64,000 bases of DNA from an uncultured Alphaproteobacteria bacterium (GTDB lineage: Bacteria; Pseudomonadota; Alphaproteobacteria; MPNO01; DASWLB01), in assembly GCA_963775315.1 (NCBI GenBank), contig CAVZIN010000010.1, positions 101,268-165,267 of the forward strand. The letters are read 5' to 3'. Below are positions 54,214 through 62,029 of this stretch, piece by piece. A model generated the notes under the pieces. It was not told the origin of the DNA. It was given only the letters and a program-made list of their open reading frames with translations, and made no database searches. The translations under genes and the position numbers were made by a program. Numbering within the stretch: position 1 is the first letter of the stretch; the number at the start of each line of letters is the position of its first letter.

Positions 54214-55329
54214 ATGACCGATTCCCATCGTCTCGCGACGATCACCGAGGCGCTGGCGGGCCAGGGACTCGACGCGCTGGTCGCCGTGACCACCAGCTTC
54301 CATTCCTTCCTGGAGCCGGATTCGGTGCTGCTGCTCACCGGTTTCAAGCCGATGGGCGAAAGCGCCGTCTGCGTCCACCGCGACGGCCGCATGGCGCTGG
54401 TCGTGACGCCGGATTGGGACAACGATCGGGCGCGCGAGCGGTCGGGGCTGGAGACTGTCGTCGCGGCCGACGAGCTAGCGACGCCGATCGCCGGGCTGAT
54501 GGCGGAATGGGGCGTGAAGCCCGGAAGGATTGGCGCGTCGGGGCACGATTCCGTGCCGGTTGCGCTTGCCGACCGCATCGAGACGGCGATCGGCAAGACC
54601 GCACTGCTCGACGACCTCGTCCTCAACCTCGCCCGGCGCAAGACGGCGACCGAGATCGAATGGGCCCGGACGGCGGCCGCCGTGGCCGAAAAGGGCTATG
54701 CCAAGATGCTGGAGCTTGCGAAGCCCGGCATGCACGAATACGAGCTGGCGGCGGAACTCTATTGCTACATGAAGTCGCTGGGTTCCGACGACAACTTCCT
54801 GCTGGTGAGCGCGTCGCAGCACAACCCGGCGGTGCGCGCGCCGAGCCGGCGCATCCTCGACAAGGGCGACATCATCCTGGCCGAGATCACCCCATCCTGG
54901 CGCGGCCAGTTCGCCCAGATCTGCCGCTCGGTCTCCGTCGGCAAGCCGTCGGCGGCGCTGGAGGAGAAGTACGACCTGCTCTGCCGCGTGATGCGCGTCG
55001 GGATGAAGGCGGCGCGGCCGGGCGTGACGGTCGCGGACGTGGCGCGCGCGATGGACGGGGTGCTGGCCCAGGCGGGCTACGGCGATTATTGCCGCCCGCC
55101 CTTCATGCGGGTGCGCGGGCACGGGCTGGGGCGGCTCTCCAGCCTGCCGGGCGACATCACGGTCGACAACCAGACAGTGCTGGAGGAGGACATGGTCTTC
55201 GTCATGCACCCGAACCAGTATCTGCCGGAGACCGGCTACCTCCTGTGCGGCGAGCCGGTGCGCATCACGCCGGATGGGGCCGAGGCGTTGTCCGGCGAGA
55301 TGGCGACGCTCGCCAGCGTTGCGGCGTAG
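54214..55329 (+). CDS. M24 (creatinase/prolidase fold) family protein
   Basis: RRKT..EI, HGLG, pita-bread fold pattern with altered metal ligands. Confidence 0.75.
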   Translation: MTDSHRLATITEALAGQGLDALVAVTTSFHSFLEPDSVLLLTGFKPMGESAVCVHRDGRMALVVTPDWDNDRARERSGLETVVAADELATPIAGLMAEWGVKPGRIGASGHDSVPVALADRIETAIGKTALLDDLVLNLARRKTATEIEWARTAAAVAEKGYAKMLELAKPGMHEYELAAELYCYMKSLGSDDNFLLVSASQHNPAVRAPSRRILDKGDIILAEITPSWRGQFAQICRSVSVGKPSAALEEKYDLLCRVMRVGMKAARPGVTVADVARAMDGVLAQAGYGDYCRPPFMRVRGHGLGRLSSLPGDITVDNQTVLEEDMVFVMHPNQYLPETGYLLCGEPVRITPDGAEALSGEMATLASVAA

Positions 55330-55339
55330 GAGGCGAGCC

Positions 55340-56461
55340 ATGCGCACCATGCATCCCGTTGTCGGACTCGGCTCCTACCGCTGGGACGAGGAGTGGCTGC
55401 CGATCGACGAGTTCGAGGAACGGCTGCGCGCCGTGCGCCGCGTGATGGCGACACAGGGCTGGTCGGGCCTCATCGTGCACGGGGACTCGCAGGATTCCGC
55501 GGCGCTCACCTACCTCACCAACTTCTTCCCGCGCAACCGCTGGGCCGTGGCGTTGTTCGGCGCCGAGGGGCCGGGCACGCTGATGGTCGCGACTTCGGCC
55601 CGCGACCTTCCGATCGCCGCGACCCTGACCTGGATGCGCGACGTCGCCCCGTTCGCCGACGCGCGCAAGATCGTGCCCGGCTGGGTCGAAACGCAGGCGA
55701 ACGGCCGGAAGCCGGTCGTCGCCGTCGCCGGCGGCGATTTCATGCGCCGGCCGGTGCGCGAGGCGGCGGTGGCGAGCGCGGCGGCGAAGGGGGCCGAGAT
55801 CGTCTCGGCCGATGCGGCGCTCGGCGCGGTGATGCGCCTCAAGCGGCCGCGCGAGCTCACGATGATCCGGAAATCCTGCGCCATTCTCGATGAGTCGGTC
55901 GCGGCACTCGACAGCGCCCGTCGCGGGGGCGCCAGCGTCATCGACGCCACCATCGCCGCGGAGCGGGCCGCCCGCCTCGCCGGCGCCCAGGACATCCGCA
56001 TCCTGTTCAGCCTGGATGGCGGGCGCACGCTGCGCCCGTTCGAGGAATGCTCCGACGCGCGCACCGACCCGCTGGTCGCCTATCTCGCCGTTCGCTATCT
56101 CGGCTACTGGTCCGAGGGGATGGTGACGCTGGGCGGTAAGGCGGGGGCGGCACGCGACGCCTGCGCCCGCGCGCTCGACCGGGCGGTCGCGGCGACGCGG
56201 CCCGGCGCGATCGGTGCCGCCCTGGCCCGCGCCGCGGGCGAGCTGGAGACGCCGCACGCGGTGCTGGGCGGGCGCATCGGGCACGCCATCGGCCTGGCAC
56301 TCGACGAGGCGCCGATCGAGAGGGATTGCGTGCTGTCGCCGGGCGAGGTGGTGTCGCTGCATGTCGGCACCGCCGGCGCGGGCGGCTGCGCCCTCCTTTC
56401 CGCCATGGTGGCGATCGGCGAGGACGGGGCCGAACTGTTGTGGCAGGGCCACCGCGGCTAG
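55340..56461 (+). CDS. Degenerate M24 (creatinase/prolidase fold) family protein
   Basis: EFEERL, YLTN, MRLKRPREL, GHAIGL..DE.P. Confidence 0.68.
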   Translation: MRTMHPVVGLGSYRWDEEWLPIDEFEERLRAVRRVMATQGWSGLIVHGDSQDSAALTYLTNFFPRNRWAVALFGAEGPGTLMVATSARDLPIAATLTWMRDVAPFADARKIVPGWVETQANGRKPVVAVAGGDFMRRPVREAAVASAAAKGAEIVSADAALGAVMRLKRPRELTMIRKSCAILDESVAALDSARRGGASVIDATIAAERAARLAGAQDIRILFSLDGGRTLRPFEECSDARTDPLVAYLAVRYLGYWSEGMVTLGGKAGAARDACARALDRAVAATRPGAIGAALARAAGELETPHAVLGGRIGHAIGLALDEAPIERDCVLSPGEVVSLHVGTAGAGGCALLSAMVAIGEDGAELLWQGHRG

Positions 56462-56507
56462 GCTATTCCTTCGTCAGCCCAACCGGATTCAGCTTGAGGA
56501 GCGTCAG

Positions 56508-57491
56508 ATGATCGTCGATTTCCAGCATCACTTCACGCCGCGCGAGATGGTCAAAGAGGACGTGAGCGGCGGCAAGCTGATCCTCAAGTACGACAAGTGG
56601 GGCGCGCCGAGCTACACGGTCCACGCGATGCTCTACGACCTGGACGAGCATATCCGCATGATGGACCGCGCGGGCATCGACGCGGCCATGCTGTCCTGTG
56701 CCGCCACCATGTGCGCCGACCTCGAGCCCTCGAAGTTCGTCAACGACAAGGCGAAGAAGGCCGAGCGCGACTATCCCGGCCGGTTCATCGGCACCGCCCA
56801 CGCCCACCCGCTGGGCGGCAAGGACGCGTTCAAGGAGCTGGCGCGCTGCAAGCACGAGCTGGGCTTCCCTGGTGTCGTGATCCAGTCCGAGGTGAACGGG
56901 CTGCAGCTCGACGCGCCCGAGCTCAACCCGTTCTGGGAGGAGTGCCAGAAGCTCGGCCTGTTCGTGTTCGTCCATCCGGCGCTGGCGCTCGTCAACGGCC
57001 AGTTCTATGACGCCGACGACCTGGCTCGCTCGGTCGGGCGCGAGTTCTCGCTGATCGTCGCGACCATCCGCCTGATCAATGGCGGCGTGCTCGACCGCTT
57101 TCCGGGCCTCAAGGTGCAGATGGCGCATCTTTCGGGCGGCGTCGCCTCGATGCTCGCCCGCGTGCGCAGCTACCAGGACAAGGAGTTCTGGGGCACCAAG
57201 GGCAACGAAAAGCACGGCCGGAAGCCGGAGAAGGAGTTCGACCACTACATCGACGAGCGGCTGGTGTTCGACACCGCCGGGTTCTGCGGCGCGATCAGCT
57301 CGGTCAAGAGCTCGCTGGTCGAGCTGCCGGCCAAGCGGATCGTATTCGGCTCGGACTATCCGCAGGAGATCCGCGACCCGGAAGCGGTGAAGGGCTTCGT
57401 CGACGAGATCCGCAAGCTCGGCGGCGACGGGGCGGCCATCCTCGAGGGCAATATCGGCCACTTGCTGCCGGCGCCGGCCCGCGCCGCCTGA
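56508..57491 (+). CDS. Amidohydrolase-2 family protein (ACMSD-like)
   Basis: DFQHH, FVHP, AHLSG, FGSDYP. Confidence 0.85.
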   Translation: MIVDFQHHFTPREMVKEDVSGGKLILKYDKWGAPSYTVHAMLYDLDEHIRMMDRAGIDAAMLSCAATMCADLEPSKFVNDKAKKAERDYPGRFIGTAHAHPLGGKDAFKELARCKHELGFPGVVIQSEVNGLQLDAPELNPFWEECQKLGLFVFVHPALALVNGQFYDADDLARSVGREFSLIVATIRLINGGVLDRFPGLKVQMAHLSGGVASMLARVRSYQDKEFWGTKGNEKHGRKPEKEFDHYIDERLVFDTAGFCGAISSVKSSLVELPAKRIVFGSDYPQEIRDPEAVKGFVDEIRKLGGDGAAILEGNIGHLLPAPARAA

Positions 57492-57510
57492 CGGCGGCGC
57501 TTGCGACGGT

Positions 57511-57539
57511 TTGACGCAGGACGCCCGTCGTCCTAGTCT
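57511..57539 (+). promoter_or_regulatory. Sigma70-type promoter
   Basis: TTGACG-N17-TAGTCT upstream of the CBS gene. Confidence 0.55.
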
Positions 57540-57625
57540 TTCCGGGAAGCGCGCGCGGACGCGCCATGGTGCGGAGGGGGTCGACCGACGGCGATTTGCC
57601 GGACGGTCCCCTGCGGGAGAATGCC

Positions 57626-58057
57626 ATGAGCGTCGAAGCCATCCTGAAGGACAAGGGCGCCCGGGTCGTCACCATCACGCCCGGGGAAAGCGTAGCCCAA
57701 GCGGTTCGCGTGCTCGCCGACGAGAATATCGGCGCGCTGGTCGTGAGCGCGGACGGAAAGCAGGTCGACGGCATCCTGTCCGAGCGCGACGTGCTGCACG
57801 GGCTCGCCCGGCACGGCGCCTCCCTGCTCGATCAGACCGTCTCGGCGGTGATGAGCCGGGAGGTCTACACCTCTTCCCCAGGCGAGCCGCTCGACCGGCT
57901 GATGGCGAAGATGACCGACCGGCGCATTCGGCACCTGCCGGTGATCGTCGGCGGCGAACTGTCCGGCATCGTCAGCATCGGCGACGTGGTGAAGCGCCGG
58001 CTGGGCGATATCGAGCACGAGACGGAGGCGCTGCGCGAATACATCGTGCAGGCATGA
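57626..58057 (+). CDS. CBS domain pair protein
   Basis: IGALVV, GILSERD, RIRHLPV, GIVSIGDVVK. Confidence 0.9.
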   Translation: MSVEAILKDKGARVVTITPGESVAQAVRVLADENIGALVVSADGKQVDGILSERDVLHGLARHGASLLDQTVSAVMSREVYTSSPGEPLDRLMAKMTDRRIRHLPVIVGGELSGIVSIGDVVKRRLGDIEHETEALREYIVQA

Positions 58058-58066
58058 GACATCCCG

Positions 58067-59365
58067 TCAGAACCTGAGGCCGGCGTTCAGCATCACCGTG
58101 CCGTCGAGCTGACGGCCCGCGTCGGGGTCGGGCGCGAGCGGATCGCCGCGCCCGACGCTGGCGCTCAAGGTGAGGCGCGTCGCCTTGCCCGGCGCCTTGG
58201 GCATCAGCGGGCTGAAATCGAGCGAGGTGGTGAGGCGCCAGTCGCTGCCTCCGCCCGCCGGCTCGAGATGCATGGCGAAATGGGCGACGTCGATCCCGGC
58301 CGACACTTCCGGGAAGTCGGCCGACCGGTAGGTGAACCCGAGCCCGCCGCCCATGATGTCCGCAGCCCAGGCCGGTGCCGCGCGTGGCGCATCGCGCGAC
58401 CCGTAGCCCAGCCGGAATCGGGCTTTCCAGCGATCCCGCGACAGCTCCTCGCCGAGCGTGAAGGTGCGGCCGCCGCCGGCCGAGCCGTCGGTGTCTTCGG
58501 TCTCGGCGCGGGCGTAGCCGAGCCGCGTCGTCACGGGGCCCCAGCGCCAGTCGAGGGAATAATTGTCGTCGAGTTCGCCGAGGCGCGAGGCGACGCTGCC
58601 GTCGCCGGAATCGACGCTGACGGAGCGCCGGTCGGTGCGGCCATAGGTGATGCTGGCCGGCAGCAGCCGGCGCGCGAGCGGATCCGGCGGCCGCAGCGCG
58701 GCGAGCGACAGCTCGACCTTCAGTTGGTCGCTGTGGTCGTCGACGACGGGCGCCCCGTTGCGGCCGTCGGCGTTCGTTTCCGAACGGTCGTAGCCATAGC
58801 GCAGCGACAGAGCGTCGAACGCGGCCACCACGCCGTAGCCGACGGAATCCTGGTCGGGGCCGAGCCCATCTTTGTCGAGCCGGAAGCGCTGTCCCGCCGA
58901 TCGGTGCCGGCCATAGGCCGAAAGATGCGCCGCGCCGTCCTTGAGCACGTCGACCTCGACGCGCTGGCGGCTCGCCCCGTCCTCGATGCCGGCGCTCTCC
59001 TCCGCGGTGGGATCGATCTGCCAGGGCTCGACGGCGGCGCCCGGCCCGTCCGGCACCGCGGGGCCTGCCGTCGCCCCGTCAAAGCCGGAGATCACGCGGA
59101 CCCGGTCGTCGAACGCAGCGAACCGAATCTCGCCCCCATAAACCTTGTCACCCGCGGCATCGGGGACCGTGTCGGGATCCCGCTGCACATTGCCCGCGAT
59201 CTTGACGGAAAGGAGATCGGCGCCGATCAGGTCGCCTTGCACGGCGACCGGGCCATCGGCCTGGGCCATAGCGGCCGTGAGCCAGACCGTCGTCCCGATG
59301 CAGAACGGCACAACGGCGGACCAAACGAACCCGGTCCTGCGCCAAACGACGCGAATGGCGGTCAC
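58067..59365 (-). CDS. Hypothetical exported protein, possible outer-membrane beta-barrel
   Basis: Signal-peptide-like N-terminus (AMA-Q), amphipathic beta-strand patterns, terminal Phe (LNAGLRF). Confidence 0.55.
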   Translation of the reverse strand: MTAIRVVWRRTGFVWSAVVPFCIGTTVWLTAAMAQADGPVAVQGDLIGADLLSVKIAGNVQRDPDTVPDAAGDKVYGGEIRFAAFDDRVRVISGFDGATAGPAVPDGPGAAVEPWQIDPTAEESAGIEDGASRQRVEVDVLKDGAAHLSAYGRHRSAGQRFRLDKDGLGPDQDSVGYGVVAAFDALSLRYGYDRSETNADGRNGAPVVDDHSDQLKVELSLAALRPPDPLARRLLPASITYGRTDRRSVSVDSGDGSVASRLGELDDNYSLDWRWGPVTTRLGYARAETEDTDGSAGGGRTFTLGEELSRDRWKARFRLGYGSRDAPRAAPAWAADIMGGGLGFTYRSADFPEVSAGIDVAHFAMHLEPAGGGSDWRLTTSLDFSPLMPKAPGKATRLTLSASVGRGDPLAPDPDAGRQLDGTVMLNAGLRF

Positions 59366-59464
59366 CCCTGGCCGCGCGCCTTGGCGCGGCTTCCCTCGAT
59401 CCCTAGCGCATTCTTGTTGCCGACAGGTGATACCTGCCGACCCCGCGATTGTCGACGAACGTGG

Positions 59465-59767
59465 TTAACGGCCGGTAAGCGTCGACACGCCGCGGTCGAG
59501 CGCAGCCAGCACCGCGCGATGACGCGCGAGCGCCCGAAGAAAGGCCGATTTGTTGCGCCGGTGGCGGTCGTTCAGCCGCTCGATACGCGCCAGGTTCTCG
59601 GCAACCGCCCGGTCGCTTTCGCGAATCAGCCGCTCGATCGCGCCGACCGTCGCCTCGAGCCGTTCGGCCGCCAGGGCCGACCGGCGCCAGGCCCAGGGCG
59701 GCAACACATCATAGCGGCGCTCGAGCGCGTCCATCCGCGCGAGCCGCGCAATTGGTTCGGGACGCAT
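59465..59767 (-). CDS. Small Arg-rich helical hypothetical protein under the PL-like promoter
   Basis: GGAGG RBS; strong promoter with operators directly upstream. Confidence 0.6.
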   Translation of the reverse strand: MRPEPIARLARMDALERRYDVLPPWAWRRSALAAERLEATVGAIERLIRESDRAVAENLARIERLNDRHRRNKSAFLRALARHRAVLAALDRGVSTLTGR

Positions 59768-59796
59768 GGCGCCTCCCCCTCCGATTCACAACGACA

Positions 59797-59847
59797 ATTA
59801 TTACGCTTTTCGCAATCTTTGTCAAGGAAAATTGCGAATGACGTAAC
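59797..59847 (-). promoter_or_regulatory. PL-like promoter with two repressor operators
   Basis: Minus-strand TTGACA(59825-20)-N17-AATAAT; operators ATTACG-N5-CGCAAT (59800-16) and ATTGCG-N5-CGTAAC (59831-47). Confidence 0.75.
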
Positions 59848-59867
59848 ATCCGGACGTATGCGACGGG

Positions 59868-60491
59868 CTAGCCGCGGAGCCGATGCCACATCACCGGGGC
59901 GATCCACTCCAGCTCGACGTCGTGCTCGATCGGCACCGCCGCATTGATCGAGACGAGGGTGAAGACGCCGGGCCGCGAGCCGCGCTCGAGCAGCTTCACC
60001 AGCTTGCGCCCGTCGACGGTCTGGACCACGCATTCCGTCCCGTAGCAGCGCTCGGGGTTCAACCCGCGCTCGCGCGAATAGCCGATCAGCTCGCCGTCCT
60101 TGAAGCGCGGCGCCATCGAGTTGCCCCGCACCTTGACGGCGAACCCGCCGTCGCCTTCGTCCGGTGGCGGCTCGATCTCGTCCATTCCCGCGCCTTGCGA
60201 ATGGTCGTCCAGAGCGAAGATCGTTTCGCCCGCGCCGACATAGCCGACGACCGGAATCCGCCGGCGGACCTGGACGGCCGCCTTGCCGAGCCGGGCCACC
60301 ACCTCGTCGAGCCCCGTCTCCAGGAACTCGGCGATGTCGACCGCCTCATCGTAGGACACGCGCCGGCGCTTGTTGAGAATCTCGGTGACGCGCGCGGCAT
60401 CGAGCCCGAGATGGGCGGCAAGTCCGCGCTGGGACTTGCCGAGCGTTCTCAGCCGATCCTGGAACCACTGCTTGTCGGGCGCGCCGGTCAT
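59868..60491 (-). CDS. CI/LexA-like repressor (HTH plus S24 peptidase)
   Basis: HTH SQRGLAAHLGLDAARVTEIL; VGAG cleavage site; GNSM serine and VK lysine. Confidence 0.9.
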   Translation of the reverse strand: MTGAPDKQWFQDRLRTLGKSQRGLAAHLGLDAARVTEILNKRRRVSYDEAVDIAEFLETGLDEVVARLGKAAVQVRRRIPVVGYVGAGETIFALDDHSQGAGMDEIEPPPDEGDGGFAVKVRGNSMAPRFKDGELIGYSRERGLNPERCYGTECVVQTVDGRKLVKLLERGSRPGVFTLVSINAAVPIEHDVELEWIAPVMWHRLRG

Positions 60492-60497
60492 GAAACC

Positions 60498-60585
60498 AGT
60501 ATGCCGGCGCAATGTGACCTGCGCAACGAAAAATTGCGTATAGCGCAATATTGGCTTGACATGAAATTGCGAATACCGTAATGAT
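60498..60585. promoter_or_regulatory. Divergent PRM/PR-like promoters with three operators
   Basis: Minus: TTGCGC-N17-CATACT, 6 nt before the cI ATG. Plus: TTGACA(60556)-N18-AATGAT. Operators at 60511-27 (degenerate), 60533-49 (perfect ATTGCG-N5-CGCAAT) and 60566-82. Confidence 0.78.
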
Positions 60586-60591
60586 GTCACC

Positions 60592-60891
60592 ATGACGAGC
60601 ATGGTCCCCGGCCGCATCGCGGCCCATGCGGAGAAGGTCCCGACGGACCTTCCCCGCCTCGCCCCATCCTCCGGTCCCGACCAGGCGCCCGACGAGGGCG
60701 GGTGCCGCTTCATTGCTGCCGATGTCGACTGGCGCCGGTGGTCCTATTGCGGGCGGCCCGTGGCGCGCGGCGCCTGGTGTCCCGCGCACGACGCGGCGGT
60801 CCACCGCTGGCGCGGCCTGATGGAACGCCAGCGGCTGGGCGAAGAGATCATCCGCCGCATGGCCGAGGGAGAGACCGATGAGCAGCCCTGA
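60592..60891 (+). CDS. GcrA C-terminal-domain-like small protein
   Basis: CRF...YCG...WCPAH pattern resembling GcrA CRWP...FCG...YC..H; no N-terminal HTH. Confidence 0.6.
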   Translation: MTSMVPGRIAAHAEKVPTDLPRLAPSSGPDQAPDEGGCRFIAADVDWRRWSYCGRPVARGAWCPAHDAAVHRWRGLMERQRLGEEIIRRMAEGETDEQP

Positions 60892-61414
60892 CGCAGCCGG
60901 CCGCACGCCTGCCAAGGACCGGCCCTGGGCCATCGAGAACCTGCCGATCCCGGGCGGGCGCATCGCCGACCTGGTCAGCGAGGGGGACCCGGATTGCCGG
61001 CCGGTCGCCCATCACCGCGTGGTCGACACGATCGGCCTTCTGGAGCGCAACGGCACCATTACGCCGGACATGGCGATGGCCGCCGAGGCGTTCGCCCGCG
61101 ACTTCCGCACCGCCCACCTCGCCGGGATCCGAACCGCCTCGCTGATCCGCGTCGATTCCTCGCGACGTCCCGAGCGTCCGCACGGCAACGAGGGCGCGCG
61201 GCGGCGCGTGCTGCGCGACATGGAAGCGCTCGGCGGCCTCGGCGCACCGGGGGCCCAGGCGGTGTGGCACGTGGTGGGGCTCGAAGAGTCGCTGCGTGAG
61301 TGGTCCCACAGCGACGCGTGGCAGGGAAAGCCGATCCGGTACTATGCGGCGCAAGGCGTTTTGGTCGCCGCGCTGGGGGTCTTGGCTCGGGTACGCAGCG
61401 CCGCGAAGTTCTAG
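60878..61414 (+). CDS. DUF6456 family protein (GafZ/GafA-C-like putative antiterminator)
   Basis: IT..M..A...F..DF, ARRRV...ALGG, VWHVVG...SLREW, QGVLVAALGVLA. Confidence 0.7.
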   Translation: MSSPDAAGRTPAKDRPWAIENLPIPGGRIADLVSEGDPDCRPVAHHRVVDTIGLLERNGTITPDMAMAAEAFARDFRTAHLAGIRTASLIRVDSSRRPERPHGNEGARRRVLRDMEALGGLGAPGAQAVWHVVGLEESLREWSHSDAWQGKPIRYYAAQGVLVAALGVLARVRSAAKF

Positions 61415-61425
61415 GAATAAACAGC

Positions 61426-61454
61426 TTGACAAGTGCTGCGCCATAGTCTAAAAG
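61426..61454 (+). promoter_or_regulatory. Late-type sigma70 promoter P1
   Basis: TTGACA-AGTGCTGCGCCATAGTC-TAAAAG. Confidence 0.6.
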
Positions 61455-61471
61455 GGGCCCTACACTGTGAC

Positions 61472-61511
61472 AAAGGGCCCGCTGAAACTCAGGCTGAGCG
61501 GGCCTTTTTTT
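61472..61511 (+). terminator. Intrinsic terminator T1 directly after P1
   Basis: GGCCCGCT...AGCGGGCC stem followed by T7. Confidence 0.8.
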
Positions 61512-61551
61512 GTTTCCCCACAGGAGCGTGGCGTCGTTAGGATTTTTATCC

Positions 61552-61580
61552 TTGACAAGCGCTGCACCATAGTGTATAAC
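61552..61580 (+). promoter_or_regulatory. Late-type sigma70 promoter P2 (duplicate of P1)
   Basis: TTGACA-AGCGCTGCACCATAGTG-TATAAC. Confidence 0.72.
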
Positions 61581-61654
61581 CCGCGTCACGGTCGAGACGA
61601 GGGCCCCGCGGCGAAACTCTTGCCGGAGCAGCCACCGGGTCCCCTATCCGCCGC

Positions 61655-61703
61655 GGGAGAGATCCCCTAGCCTGGGTAGGCGCGGGTCTCTCCCTTTTCT
61701 TTT
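61655..61703 (+). terminator. Intrinsic terminator T2 in the terminase leader
   Basis: GGGAGAGATCC...GGGTCTCTCCC followed by TTTTCTTTT. Confidence 0.7.
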
Positions 61704-61712
61704 CGGCCATTT

Positions 61713-61744
61713 ACGGCGCCCCTTGCGGGCGCCGTTTTCTTTTT
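61713..61744 (+). terminator. Intrinsic terminator T3 in the terminase leader
   Basis: ACGGCGCCC-CTTGC-GGGCGCCGT followed by TTTCTTTTT. Confidence 0.8.
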
Positions 61745-61765
61745 CCAGCCACAGGACCGGAGCCA

Positions 61766-62029
61766 ATGTCGGACAGGACCGCCCGAGCCGGAGAGACTCG
61801 CGCCGCGCCGCCAAGCCCGCTCGACGTGCAGCTCGCGACCATGCGGGCGCTCTTCGCCGCCGCGAAGAAGAGAGGGAAGATCGTCGACATCGAACTGGCG
61901 CGCCAGGCATGCGACATCGCCAAACTCGCCGCGCCCTACGTACACGCCCGCCTCGGCACCACGGAGCCGGCGCCCGAAGCGCGGGTGCGTCACGAGGACG
62001 TGCTCGACCAGCTCGATGGCCCGTCGTGA
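61766..62029 (+). CDS. Putative terminase small subunit
   Basis: 87 aa with SPLD..L..MR and AAPYVH.RL; GTGA-coupled to the large subunit; GGAG RBS. Confidence 0.6.
   Translation: MSDRTARAGETRAAPPSPLDVQLATMRALFAAAKKRGKIVDIELARQACDIAKLAAPYVHARLGTTEPAPEARVRHEDVLDQLDGPS

Noticed and set aside
61470-61650. GAAAC-containing hairpins suggesting a hammerhead ribozyme in the late leader
   Set aside because: There is no CTGANGA core; the structures are better explained as terminators and duplicated leader sequence.
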